Source: Octopus vulgaris (Eukaryota). Taken from it: a stretch of 64,000 nucleotides of DNA. The DNA lies in contig OX597829.1 of NCBI GenBank assembly GCA_951406725.2, positions 52,576,001 to 52,640,000 of the forward strand. The letters are read 5' to 3'. How positions within the stretch are numbered: the stretch's first letter is position 1; each line of letters begins with the position of its first letter. Shown piece after piece: positions 38,866-53,100 of this stretch. The notes beneath the pieces are model-generated. The model did no database searches and was not told the origin of the DNA. It saw only the letters and a program-made list of their open reading frames with translations. Both the position numbers and the translations under genes were made by a program.

Positions 38866-40206
38866 GTGCTTAACCGTGTATGGAGTATAAAACCTTGTTC
38901 TGCACATGATTTTGTTTGCTCTTCTCTGTATATATTTACCATTACCAGCTGCTCTGTTTCTATTTGATATTTTTTTTTTTTTGGGTGGGTTGGGGAGCGA
39001 TGGTGGTGGTGGTTGTTCGTTCCTTCTTTTAATGAGCAAAAATATTTTGTAGAATATCAGTGACTAATATAGAGAGGAGTCTTAGAAGGAATTTCTGTTG
39101 GTAACATTGTTGTTAAAAGAATAAAGCTTCAAAAAGATGGAAAAAGAAAGAAAAAAGCTAACTTCAACAATTACCCTGATAATTATAAGACACGTAATTC
39201 CACTGCTATTGCAACACTCTTCGTGTGGGGTATGGGGGATATTTATAGTATATCCTAGAATATTCTACTTGAAAATAGATATCATATAAAATGATTGTAA
39301 AGAGGATTGGTTGTGTGGTAAGAAGCTTGTTACCCAGTCATGTGGTTCTGGGTTCAGTCCCACTTTGTGGCACCTTGGGAAAGTGTCTTTTATTATGTCT
39401 TCAGGCCATATCTTGTGAGTGGATTTGATAGATGGGAACTGAAAGAAGCCTATTGTGTGTGTGTTTGTTTGTTCTCCTTCCAACCACTTGACAATCAGTA
39501 CTGGTGTGTTTACACTCCTGTAACCTAGTGGTTTGGCAAAAAGAAACTGATAAAATCAGTATCAGTATCAAAAAGAAAAAATAAGACCTGGAGTCAAGTG
39601 ATTTGGCTAAAAATACTTGAATGGGGTACCCCAGCATGGCCACAGTCCACTGACTGAAACAATTAAAAGATAAAAGATATACTGGGATTGATTTGCTCAC
39701 TAAAACCCTTCATGGCCACAGTCCAATGACTGAAACAAGTAAAAGATAAAAGATTACATAAACTGAAGAATATCAAAAAAAAAAAAACACGACTACAGTA
39801 ATAATAATGATCTCGAACTTTAGCACAGATCCGCAGACACCATGTGATGAATGGAATTGATTTAATTGTCCATAATAATTAATCATGCAATGTCATGTGG
39901 TTTGTGAATATTTTTGCATCATTGGTCAGTTTACTGTATTTTTACAATATTAGAAGCAACAAGGGAGTGCTTGGGTAATACGGAGGGAATAAATGTCACA
40001 GGACATGTCTACCAGTTTACTTTCTCCATGAAGTATACATCTGAGAAACACAAACACACACATGAGTGTGTGTGTATGTGTGTATTGTAAATTGGGAGAC
40101 TTGTTAGATTTGAACTTGTAAATAAAAATAACTAATAATTTAATTATGTAGTAATTAGTCTCACACCTTAATATTTAAAGTAGTAGTAGAAGAAGTAGTA
40201 GTAGTA

Positions 40207-41290
40207 ATCATTTATACTATAGGCACAAGGCTTGAAATTTGGGGTAGGGGGTATTTGATTAGATTGGCCCAATATGCAACTGGTACTTAATTTATTGACC
40301 CTGAAAGGCAAAGTCGACCTTGGTGGAATTTGAACTCAGAACGTAAAGACAGTCGAAATACAGCTTAGCATTTCGCCTGGCATGCTAACGATTCTGCCAG
40401 TTCACCGCCTTAATAATAATAATGATGGTAATAATAATAATAATGGTTTCAAATTTTGGCAGAAGGTCAGCAATTTCAGGGCGTAAGTCAGTTCAATTGG
40501 CTCCAGTAAAATTCTTTGAAGATTTATTTCTCAAATTTTTTGGTGGGGGATTTTTTCTTAAGTTTTAAGACTCAGAAGGCCAGTTTCTCAGTTTCCATGG
40601 GATGTAAATAACTGAGATCACTACAATCCCCTGAATGGGATGTTGATCCATTGCAACGCACAATGGTGAGGTTAAGGGGCCAAGTTGATTGCATTGACCC
40701 TCAATATTCAATTGGTACTTTATTCTATTTATTTCTTTATTGCCCACAGTGGGCTAAACATAGAAAAGACAAACAAAGACAGACAAAGGGATTAATTTGA
40801 TTACATCTATCCCAGTGCATAACCTGTACTTATTTAATCAACCCCGAACGGATGAAAGACAAAGTCAACCTTGGCAGAATATGAACTCAGAACATAGCAG
40901 CAGACGAAATACCTATTTCTTTATTGCCCACAAGGGGCTACACACAGAGGGGACAAACAAGGACAGACAAATGGATTAAGTCGATTATATCGACCCCAGT
41001 GCATAACTGGTACTTATTTAATTGACCCCGAAAGGATGAAATGCAAAGTCGATCTTGGCGGAATTTGAACTCAGAACGTAGCCTCAGAACGTAGCAGCAG
41101 ATGAAATACCTATTTCTTTATTACCCACAAGGGGCTAAACATAGAGGGGACAAACAAGGACAGACATAGGTATTAAGTCAACTATATCGACCCCAGTGCG
41201 TAACTGGTACTTAATTTATCAACCCCGAAAGGATGAAATGCTGCTAAGCATTTTGCTTGGCGTGCTAATGATTCTGCCAGCTTGCTGCCC
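40207..41290 (-). mobile_element. Cluster of SINE family B copies, including a head-to-tail trimer (40728-41290)
   Basis: Repeated tatttctttatt.cccacaaggggcta...gacaaacaaggacagac...cgaccccagtgc units. Confidence 0.8.
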
Positions 41291-44200
41291 TTTAATTTAT
41301 TTTACTTTATTAACTCTGAAAGGATGAAAGGCAGAGTTGTCCTTGATGGGATTTGAACTCAGAATATAAAGGGCTAGAATAAATGCCACTAATCATTTTG
41401 TTGCAATGTAGGTGTGGTTAACAGAATGAAGTTATTGTGCAGGTGGTACGTAAAAAGCACCCACTACACTCACGGAGTGGTTGGCGTTAGGAAGGGCATC
41501 CATCTGTAGAAACACTGCCAGATCAGATTGGAGCCTGGTGCAGGCTTCCTGGCTTCCCAGACCCCAGTTGAACTGTCCAACCCATGCTAGCATAGAAAAC
41601 GGACGTTAAACGATGATGATGATGTACTTATGAATCTGCCAACTAACCACCGCCTTAGTTGCCGGGTTAGGAATGTCATATTGAAAAATGCCATAATAAA
41701 AATAACATTGGTAGTGGATATGATGTTATAATTCAAATTCCTGAGAGTTTTAACCTTATTTACCTGCTAATTCTGTGACCTACATTAGGATTAGTTATAT
41801 AATTTCCTTTAAATAACTTCATTCTGTTAACCACACCTCACACCGCAATAATAATAAAAAAAACCCCAAAAAAACGTTTCTACAGTTGTTCCTTAGGGTA
41901 GTAATTGTATTCATTTGGAACTGCATTAACCAGCAGGACCCCTGACAGAAAATTGATGGATCAAGACTTCTTTCAGATTTTATCTGCCAAATCCACTTGC
42001 ATAGCTTTGTGCAATCCAGGGCTCTAGTAGAAGACATCTGCTCAGGATGTCAAGTAGTGGAACTAAACTTGGAACTATATAGTCATACCACATCTGTGTG
42101 TGTGTGTGGGGGGGATCCTATCAGAATTCATTAGCCCTGGGCTACCGTATTAGCTAAATCTCCTGGTTATACACCCTTAATATTGTAATATTTAATGCAA
42201 TATCTAAAAGGATCTGTTGCACTGGTTCTCAAAATGATGAAAACCAGGCTGGGTCAGGCCAGGCTCCTCCCTAGATATCAGGGAAATTCCTTTGGTATCA
42301 CCTCCCCCTTTTTTATTAACAAGATGACTAAATAGATTTTTGCGTCTGTGTAATTTTCTTCTTTCTTAACCACGGTGTTTGACAAGTTTATAGGTTGGAA
42401 ACCGTCTTAATTTCATTAAACATGACAATTTGTCCACCCCCCCCTTTTCAGTCTTCACACACCTACCCTAGGGCTGCTTGTGGTGGTAGTGGTGGTGGTG
42501 GTGGATGACTGTCTGCCCCAATCCTATGAGAAGTACTAAACTATTTTAATTTTGTTTTTTTTTTATCATTAATAATGATTTTTTTTATTATTCCCTCTCT
42601 CTCTCTCTTTCGGAGAGGCACTGAGCAGCTATACGCACACATACACACACGGCAGTAACTTCCGCCTACCGAATTCAATCACAAAGCTCCGGTCGGCTTG
42701 GGGCTATAGCAAAAGACACCTACCAAAAGTGCAACGCAGTGGGACTGAACCCAAAACCATGTTGCTAGGAAGCAGATGGTGAGCTGCCAGAATTATTAGC
42801 ATGTTGGACAAAATGCTTAGCGGTATTTTACCTGTCGCTACATTCTGAGTTCAAATTCTGCTGAGGTCGACTTTGCCTTTCATCCTTTTGGGGTTGATAA
42901 ATTAAGCACTAGCGAATCACTGAGGTCAACGTAATCGACTAATCCCTTCCCCTCAAATTTCAGGTCATGTGCCTAACGACTCTGCCAGTTTGCTACCCTA
43001 GTGGCGAACTGGCAGACTTGTTAGTGTGTCAGACAAAATGCCGCGAAGTATTTTGTGTCTTTACATTCTCAGTTCAAATTCCACTGAGGTTGACTTTGCC
43101 TTTCACCATTTCAGGGCTCAAAAGAAAAAGTAAAATAAGTACCAGTTAAGTACTGGGGGTCGATGTTTTCAACTAGCCTCTCCACCAAACTTGCTGTCCT
43201 TGTGCCAAAATTTGAAATCATTATTATTAATTCAAAAGAATAAAGAATTATGCAAATATCAAATAAGATAGATAACTGTAAGAAAAAAATTATCATAAAC
43301 TCATAAAATGGATATTTTCTTTGTAGTCTGTCTTCGTTAAGAATTGCTATTGTTTTTTATTTTTGTTTCTAATTGTGAAAAAATGAAAATAAGGGAAATA
43401 TTCTGTTTTTATTTTTTTTCTGTTTGTGTGAGGATTAAGGATTTTGTCCTTAGCCCAAGGTTATGATTGGGGGTTACCTTCATATTCTTTGACTTGTTTC
43501 AGTCATTGGAGTGTGGTAATGCTTGGGCCACCACCTTGAAGGGTTTTCAGTTGACCGAAACAAGCCCAGTACATTGTTCTTTTTTCAACCCTGATACTTA
43601 ATCTATCAGTCTCTTCTGCCATGCTGCGAAATTATGGGGGAGTGTACACAAACCAACACCGCTTGTCAAGCGATGAGGGAAAGGAGACAAACACAAAGAC
43701 TCACATGTATATATGTATGTGTGTACATACATACATACATACATATATATATATACATATACACATATGTGTGTGTATGATGGGCTTCTTTTGGTTTCCC
43801 TGTACCAAATTAACTAATAAGTCTTGATCTGTCCAGGGTTTTAGTAAGAGACACTTCCCAACGTGCCATGCAGTCGGACCAAACCCGGAACCGTGTGGTT
43901 GGGAAACAAGCTTCTTAACCACGCAGCCACACTAAGTGATGTTTACATTATTAGTTAGTATTATGTAAACACTGGCAAGGAATCTAATACTGAGGTCAAA
44001 CATTCCAGGAATGTTCTGGCAAGCTGGCTTAGCAATTCATTTCGTTGCAAGCTGAATAAGAAAACACTTCGAAATTTGTGGGTTTTTAAATGCTAAATCG
44101 TTAAATTCATTTCGTGAGTATCTCTTCACCGTCTTCAATAAATGTCATTAATTCTCTTAAATGATAACTCAAATTATTAACTTTCCTCTTCTTTTTTTGC

Positions 44201-44986
44201 GACTAATTGATAAGAAGATAATAAAAAGTTCAGTTAACATATAAGGCAGATAAATGTCTCTGCAGACCAGATACTATTTATTGTTTAATTGCTTCCAGGT
44301 ATGTGTACATTGTCAACAGTTTGTTGTTAAGTTAGCTAAAATACTCATACTCCCTAAAGTGATGTCTTAAATTCTCTTTGTAAATAATTATAGTAAATGA
44401 AATATCGTTTCTTTGTGTTGTAGCTATTTTAATTGTTTCAGCATACTCACGTGCACGCTGGCATTCTCATACACACCCGTCCTACATACACGCAAATATT
44501 TTTCCACACAGACATATATTTAATTACGCATGTATATACTGCATGTATTAATAATAATAATAATAATAATAATCTATATGTAAGATGCAGACACAGTAAT
44601 ATTTAGAGCTGTACAATATTTCATTACAGTATCAAAGACAGATAACCTGTACTCGTATTCAGGTAAAGTTAATGCAACCTTCTTTTAATACATAATATGT
44701 TTTCCATGTAGCTGGCAAGCATATTACTTTCTATTATTACACCTGGCAGGTATGCTGTTTTGGTTCTCAAGTTTTAACTGATCTGTTTTTTACTGTGGAG
44801 GCCTGTGATAAGTGATGTTTTCAAGTCTGGCAGATACCTTACCAAAGTTTAACTGAAAATAACTTCCTGTATTTGTTTATTGGTTTTCATTGATAACAGT
44901 ATCACTATCATGTGCCTGTTTCTATTGTTATCTAAACTACCTAATTTATCAAGTCTCATGTTGGCTAAACACTTTTCTATTTAAAG

Positions 44987-45473
44987 GAAACTGTAAATCA
45001 AGAGGCACCGAATCATGAAGAATTTGAAGAGCAGCAAAGGAGCAATGGAAATCTTCAGCAGAATTACGAGAGCAGCTATAATGGATACATATCAAACGAT
45101 CCCAATCATACGTGGCCTAGAAAGAGGCGTCCAAAAAGCTGGACATCTCAGTCAAATTATAGTTCTCAGCTTGCTGAGGAGAAGAAAAGATCTTCTTACC
45201 ATGTAGAGTCCACTGTTGATGCTGAGCAGGACTATCTCAACAGTATTCCACCGTCCATAATGAAGCCTTCACATTCTACTCTTGGAAATTTACAAAGCCA
45301 AAATAATAATCTTTCATACACAAAAAGTGACTTTGTTTCTATGGAGGGTGTACCATCAGCTCCTGAAAAGACACAACCACCAGTGAGTCACAATAACCAG
45401 ATTTCAGTGAAATCTCCTTCATACTCCGAGGCTGGTGGAGCAAATGAAAATAATACCTACCGAACTAGAAATG
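44987..45473 (+). CDS. CEP170: Probable next coding exon of the CEP170-like gene; 487 nt, phase 0 to phase 1, low-complexity S/N/Q/E-rich region
   Basis: Acceptor ttttctatttaaag (ends 44986). 162 stop-free codons, ETVNQEAPNHEEFEEQQRSNG...NDPNHTWPRKRRPKSWTSQ...GGANENNTYRTRN, then donor G|GTAAGA at 45474. Phase matches the preceding exon and ORF 45260 is in the same frame. Assignment to this gene rests on strand and phase, not on recognised homology. Confidence 0.72.
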
Positions 45474-46198
45474 GTAAGAACATATACTTTATTATTATTA
45501 TTGTTATTATTGTAATCCATTTTCCACCCTTCTTGCTATTATTGTTATTTCAAGTGCCTTTTCTTTTTTTATTGTGGGCTTTTGTGCCACTACTGTATGC
45601 AGTTTTGTGTATCTTGGATATAAGCAGTGTTTTGTTTTGGTTTTTTCTTGTTGGCTATAGTATTGACAGTACTCTGTGATACGTGTACAGTGTCGAGAAC
45701 TGCTATTTTCTGTACATAACTGTAAGATCTGTGTTTGGTTATATACTTGTCTGCATTTAACCATTCACATGGAACCTATCATAAAAGAAATTGTTTCTGC
45801 TTTCAGTCACCCTCTCCATTCTAATAATCTCTGTTTTTCAGATCTTTATGTACAGATAATCTCTCCATTTCTTTTAGCAACACATTATCATCCGTTGAAA
45901 CTGATCATTCAGTTAAGAGGCACTTAATTTCCTTGTGATCCTTCACAACTATATCTGATTGATTTGCTATAAATGCCTTTCTCTTTGAGAATTTGGCATG
46001 CCTCACATAAGAGTAATTTTGTCATTCTCCAAGATCTTTTCTCATATATACATATAATATATAGCATCTCTTTTCTGTGGATATTTTATAAAACCAACAT
46101 AGTTCCTTACCTATAAAAGCTCAAACTCTGTCATATGTTTGCACACACACACACATGCATACACATGCACACACACACACACACACACGCACACACGT

Positions 46199-46248
<50 letters not shown>

Positions 46249-46884
46249 TCTCTCTTTTTGGTCAAAACAGCTGGCCAGCCAGAACAATGTGATTATATTT
46301 TTACACTTCCTCCATATGTTTTTCACTTAATCTTTTGTGTATTTCTTTTTATCTGATTACCAGATAAGTTACGCATAAATTGGAAGGTATGCATCTAAAT
46401 GCTGAAAGGCTAACACCTATTTTAAGAAAAACACTTTAACCACACATATGTGCCCTAAATTTTATTATTTCTCAAATGTATCTGTATGTCTCTTTAAACT
46501 TCACTTGTTCATGTTTTTACAAAAATAATCTTGCTTCATCACAGTAGTACTAACTAAAAACCGTGTGTGATGGATACATTATTTAAATGTCACAAAGGTT
46601 TCAATATATAAGCTGTCATTATGTCGATTATTGAGGTGGTATTGTTATATTTGTCACTGATGACATCTTGGCTTTTTGCATGCTAGGAAGTGTTATGTCT
46701 ATAAATTAAAATTTCATAAGATATTTGCATTGCCATTTTCTAAGAGAAATGGAAGTTTATAAGGTTATCAGTGAAGTTTTACTATAAGGAAAGGAAAGTG
46801 AATGCCATTCTCCATGTAATGTGTGTGTGTGTGTGTGTGTGTAAGTATGTATGTATCTTTATATGTAAGTACATTAATATTTAA

Positions 46885-47103
46885 CCCTTTCGTTACCAAC
46901 CCGGCTGAAACCGGCTCTGGTTCTATAGTACAAATGTCTTGTTTTCATAAGTTTTGAATTAAAATCTTCCACCAAACCTTAGTCACAATTTATGTTCCTA
47001 ACACTAGCTGAATGATAACCAAGTTATTTTACTAAATTCTTTATTATATTTAAAATGATTGAAAGAAACACAGCATCTCAACAGAAATATAGAAATGAAA
47101 GGG
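46885..47103. mobile_element. piggyBac-type MITE, family P1
   Basis: TTAA|CCCTTTCGTTAC ... AATGAAAGGG|TTAA; colinear with 12501-12721. Degenerate reverse copies at 34681-34872 and about 52375-52590. Confidence 0.88.
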
Positions 47104-48280
47104 TTAAGTATTGGGTATGTTCCTAGTAGTATGGAGGTAAAGCACATTCACTGTCTGTGGCTATCTGGTGTCATCCACAGTAATTGCACAATTGTCATTG
47201 GCTCTACTTTAGTAAATTCCCAGTGTATGTTGAGTATAAAACAAATGATAGACAGAAAATGGAATACAGGAGAAACTTTATTGCTCACAATAATCATTTT
47301 TGACACATCCTGCATTGATCCCTCACAGGTGGGGATCATCAGGTGAGATAGTACTATTACAGCACCTGATGAGATGCTTATGTACTGAAGGATGCACCAC
47401 AACTAGTTGTATTGTTTACCGCCCATGAGGGATCAATGCAGGAAGTGTAGAAATGATTGTTGCGAGCAGTAAAGTTTCCCGTATATTCCGTTTTCCATCT
47501 ATATTGTTTGTTCTATGAGTGTGTATGTGTGTGTAAGTGTGTGTATGTGTGCGTGTAAGTATGTGTGTAAATATGTATGTGTAAGTATGTGTGTATAAGT
47601 ATGTGTGTGTCATAGAATCTGGAACAAGCTCAGGCTGCTTGGTATCAAAAGGGTTAATACTTTTCTGATTTTTCTAAAAGTAAATATATTTACATGTGTT
47701 ATTTTTGATTTAAATTGTAGGGGGAATCAAAGATCCGATCACTTTAAACTAAAGAAACCCAGCTTCATTATCTGAGTAATCAATTAGTTAAGGTTGATGA
47801 CGATTTCTAGATAATAAATTACACTAGTTCATGCAAACAAAATGAATTGGTCCATTGAATGTGTCACTATATGGAACACCCAATGGATGAACTTCCATGC
47901 GGAAATATCCCTCAAACCATGCTCTGTCTTTGAAAAGGCCATACATGTTGCATAACATGGTTTTGGGTTGTCTGTGCATCAGAAAAAAAAAAAGATTATG
48001 GTCATTGTCAAGATGCTTTTAATGATAGGCCCGCTTGGTCATAGCTCATATGGGCCTAAACAAGAAGGGTATCTCTTCATAGCTGCTTAACTGCTAGAAA
48101 TAGCAGTCAGTTTTCCTTCAAATGATATCTTAGAAAATAAAATAAAAGAAACCCTAATGCAGTCTCAGATACACTATCTGAATTAGGGGTGGATTAACCA
48201 TTGCTGGAAAACATATGATCATAGGTGAAATACCTGTATAAACCAAAACAAAAAGTTGCCTTTCTCATATGGTTCTTTAA

Positions 48281-48436
48281 TCCTTCAGCATTCAGATTAT
48301 TCTCTCAAACTTGTTTTCATTTAATCATGCATTATCTTGTAGCTTCAAGATTTCAATGATCTGATTGTGTATTTCTAGGATGACATTGTTGGATATGTGT
48401 GAAAGGCTGGATGTGGCAGCTTTAAAAACTAAAGGG
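48281..48436. mobile_element. piggyBac-type MITE family P2, reverse orientation, internally deleted
   Basis: TTAA|TCCTTCAGCATTCAGATTATT ... CTAAAGGG|TTAA. Confidence 0.65.
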
Positions 48437-48675
48437 TTAACTCTGTAAATTAGATTTAAATTATGTATCTTGAAATTAAGCTCACAATGACTTAACCAAC
48501 ATACAAGAACAATAATTAAATATATTGCTACAAAGTTTGTATATTGAGAATATCTTTAAAAAAAACAATGTTTGTTTCGTTAAAGTGTAAAATTTGTAAT
48601 TTTGCTTTTCAATCTTAACAACTGAAGAAAATGAAGAAGAAACGTTTTGTAGCGGAAAAAGAATAGAATAAACAT

Positions 48676-48720
<45 letters not shown>

Positions 48721-49231
48721 AAATAACATTAAATAAGTAAGTAATACCAGTTGTGTAGCAAAAAAGAAGAAAATTGCATGGATTCTGTTAGTCATCATTG
48801 TTGTCTAACTGTATGGTGTAAGCTGTGTTCTTCAAAGCTGAAGAGAAAAAAGAAAAAAAAACACGGTTGGAGATGTTTTCTAAGAGGAACACATCATGGG
48901 ATGATGGAATGTCTGTTGATTAGGCTAAGTAAAGTTAGGAATAGTTTAGATGTTTATTTTCTGCAAGAAATTTTTGTCTGGAATTTATGGCTGTCTTTTG
49001 GCAAGCGTTTATATGATGAAAAAATAATTAAAATAAATGGTGAAATCTTATATTTTGTAATAAATTTGCAATGTCTTCAGGTGCTTATTTTGTAACAGCA
49101 CAAGATTCATCCACTATAATTAATTTTGATGATAATGGAAATGTATAACTCAAAATTTAATTCCATGTTCTAATTGGGGTTGGGGTGGGGAGGTCATCTT
49201 CATAATGACATAACTGGTCATACATAAATAT

Positions 49232-49503
49232 TTACTCTTTTATTCTTTTACTTGTTTCAATCATTTGACTGCGGCCATGCTGGAGCACCACCTTTTAGTC
49301 GAGCAAATCGACCCCGGGACTTATTCTTTGTAAGCCCAGTACTTATTCTATCGGTCTCTTTTGCCGAACCGCAAAGTGACGGGGACGTAAACACACCAGC
49401 ATCGGTTGTCAGGCAATGCTAGGGGACAAACACAGACACACAAACACACACGCGCATATATATACATATATATACGACGGGCTTCTTTCAGTTTCCGTCT
49501 ACC
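49232..49503 (-). mobile_element. SINE family A, young 3' portion
   Basis: Close match to 4117-4410; head missing. Confidence 0.85.
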
Positions 49504-49916
49504 ATATTTTTATATATATATATATTTTATATATTTTCTTTTTTAAAAAATTTTAATTTTTATTTTAGTAAGGCATGATATTGCCTAATAGTTGGAAGTT
49601 GGCCAGATATGTTTGTGTGTGGGGGATGGGTGTATGTATGTATGTGTGTGTATGTATATATATGTGTGTGTACTCTCCAGTTCATTATTTACATTGGACA
49701 GATATGTGTCCTCATTTTGTTTGTTGTTACCACAAGGATGTTTTGGCCGAGTTACTCTCCAGCCTTCATTAAGTATCCTGGTAGAATTTTGATCCCCACC
49801 CTGGGTTCTCATTCCTAAGGTTTTTTTTCTTTTTTTGCTGATGTTATTGTTATTATTTATTCAAGGCACTACTTGGAATTGAACTCACAATTTTGGGGTA
49901 GTAGCCTGCACTCTTA

Positions 49917-50150
49917 ACCTATTTCTTTATTACCCACAAGGGGCTAAACACAGAGGGGACAAACAAGGACAGACATAGGTATTAAGTCGATTACATCGAC
50001 CCCAGTGCGTAACTGGTACTTAATTTATCGACCCCGAAAGGATGAAAGGCAAAGTCGACCTCGGCGGAATTCGAACTCACAACGTAACGCAGACGAAATA
50101 CCGCTAAGCATTTCGCCCGGCGTGCTAACGTTTCTGCCAGCTCACCACCT
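49917..50150 (-). mobile_element. SINE family B, young full-length copy
   Basis: CpG-intact. Core gcctttcatcctttcggggtcgataaattaagtaccag resembles the Deu/Nin-type SINE domain. Confidence 0.9.
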
Positions 50151-53100
50151 TTACACTATATGCCCGTTACACTATTACACTATATGCCTGTGGGCAATTA
50201 TTGAGTGAATTTTAGGGCTTATAAACCTAATATTTTCCTATCCTTCCTTAATACTGGTTCCCATATGCTGTTCATATCTGTACTTGGTCTGCTTAGGAGG
50301 CTACTGTGTCCTAGCATATGTGCTGCTTCTTTTAGTTTCTGTGTTTTCCAGTGGTGTTCTCTGTCTATTATTTTAACTTCATCCCACAAGGGACGGTAGT
50401 CTCCGCTTTTCCATACATGATCAGCTACACCCGATATAAATAATGTACAGAATTCCTCATTTCAAAAATAGAGAACAATATATATTGGTTGTTGTTTTTA
50501 AAAGCACATATCACCTTCTCATGTTAGATACAAATATTTTTTTATGGTTTTCCTTTAATCTTCAGAGGAAACCTACCTTTGTCACTTGATACATTTGCTG
50601 TAGTTATTTTCTTTGTCATTAGAAATAATTTATGATGTTTAGTGGAGCACGAAACAACTGGTGTACTACATCACACTTCAATACCTACAGCGTAATCGTC
50701 ACTTAAAGTTGTTAGTCCAAATCCCAGTCGAAGGGCTGCCAAACACAGCACTATTACAACAACTTCAATGGTAGCAATTCTGATGAGTTAATTAATGGAT
50801 GATATTATTGATGAAGTGGCAAGCTGGCAGAATCATTAGTATGCTGGCCAAAGTGCTTAGCAGCATTTCATTTGTCTTTACGTTCAGTGTTCAAATTTTG
50901 CAGAAATTGACTTTCTTTTCATCCTTTCAGGTTGAATAAAATTAGACCCAGTTCGAAACTGGGGTTGATGTAGTTAACTTTTCCTCTACTAAAATTGCTG
51001 GCCTTGTGCCCAAATTAGAAACCTATTATTATCTTTATTGACAATAATGTGGTAGACCACCCACCATTCTACCACATTATTAAATGTCAATGAGTGTTTA
51101 AATATAAAGTAATATGAGGTTGATGTACTTTACATACATCTATGTATAACACACACACACAAATGCAAAATTTATCTGAAACTACTCTTTTAGATAAAGG
51201 AGTTGCCATTACTTGATAACTGGCAGGTACCAGGTTTTTGCAGTTGCTGTTATGGTTTAGATTATTATTTTGCTTGGAAAGAAAGAGCAGGTGGCAACAA
51301 GAAGGGCATCAGGCTTTAGAAATTCTTCTCCAATATCCTCACTTTTGACCCATGCAAACATGGAAACTAAATGTTTAAGTGATGATCATCAGAAATGGTC
51401 ACTGTGTGCCTCACCAGTGTCTCTCTCTACCCTTGTCCATATTTTCCCTGCAAGCACCAGTCTTTAGAAAATCATGCTGAACATGAACTGTATTGGCATC
51501 ATCAATTTGGGAGGAGCTGAATTCAAGTTCAAGCAGAGTTGCCATTGTTTTCCATTTCTCAACACCCTAACCCTCACCATCTAGAGTGTCTAGAGTAACT
51601 ACCCGTATATATTGGGTTTGATTTGATCAACTGTAGCCAATAGCCACCGTGTTATAGTTTGTCATTTCGTGCTGATACAAGGAATCGATTGGCACAGTCT
51701 CAGCATAGTTAATGAGATGTGTATATGTTGGTGAACAAAATCTATTGAAATATAATTATCTCTTGTAATATTTGTTAACAATTACAAATATGTAAGTAGT
51801 GCTTCAATTTGCTTTGGAAGGTGAAAGTGTTTTTGGTATAATTTCTACTCATATCGAGTTAGCCAAAAGCACAAATCGTGACTGATAGCTTATATTCTGG
51901 GAATTGACATGACACATGTGAGCTTAGACAACAGTAGACAAAGTATGCATATGAATTTGGTCTTTACCAATCAATATTTGCCTGAGACAAACCTACGAGC
52001 CATAGGATACAGACAACAACATTGATCAATTGGCCAGAACAGTTTAAAAAAAAAAAATGTAGATGTAATTTTAATCAATGTTGTAACTAGAATGGTGTCT
52101 ACACTTTTTACAGTATTTAGTTTTTATTGGTAAGAGAGCAAGGGAGATTGTGGGGGAAATGACTCATTGCTCAAAAATTGATCCAGCTTCTTTGGATCAA
52201 TGAGGTTGCATGAGTTGAAGCAAAGGTTAACACTGATGATTGAATGAATGATAATATACGCAGAATGCCACAACTGTTTTTGGTTGAAGCCAACGAGAGA
52301 ACTTCTTATACATGGTTGTTTGACTTGCTAGAAACTGCAACCAAATATCTCCCTACATTGCATCCTACCACCTCAATGCCTGTGTTACTATATTTCAAAT
52401 GAAATACCCTGCCTTTGTTTCAATTAATTTTGAAAATTAATGAAAACTTTACTAAAATAACTTTGTAATTGTTGGAACATGAATTAGCACAAAATTTTGA
52501 TAGGTTTTTAATGTAGATCAATTTAAATCAGGAAGTTTGTATCATAGAACCAGGGACAGTTTAAGGTGGGTTGGTATCAGACAGTTCAAATGATAAAGAG
52601 CATATTTGATAATGTAGTCTTAGATGCATACTGCTTAAAAAAGAGAGGGGAAGGTCATAACTGGAACACCGTTCATCATAACACTATTTGATCGAGGTTG
52701 ACCTGAGGCTTGAACAATGAGTTTTGGTTAGGCAAGGTTTAATAGATTTCATTTGAATGAAAAGATGCAACTCTGGAGATGATCCAGGATTAGAATGGAA
52801 ATATTAGTGGGTCAGATATTATTGGTGATGGTTAAGATGGATTAGTATAGAAGGAGCAGGAGTAAGTTCATTGTAAGAGGTGTGGAGAAGGCTGAACACA
52901 CTGGGATAGTCCATGATGGTTGTGTTACCACAGAAATTTTCGGATATGTAATATGCAAGTTGTTTTTCACTTGTTTCAGTCATTGGATTTTGGCCATGCT
53001 GGGTCACTGCCTTGAAGGGTTTAGCTGAACAAATCAAACCTGGGACTTACTTATTTCATAAGGCTTGTACTTATTCTAGCAGTCTCTTTTGCTGAACAGC

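Noticed and set aside
44712-44749. 38-nt AG/GT-bounded mini-exon candidate upstream of the 487-nt exon
   Set aside because: Frameshifting and otherwise unsupported; such sites are common by chance.
45474-45679. Hydrophobic, membrane-like C-terminus of ORF 45260-45679
   Set aside because: Read-through into T-rich intron past the strong donor at 45474. Intron retention cannot be excluded but nothing supports it.
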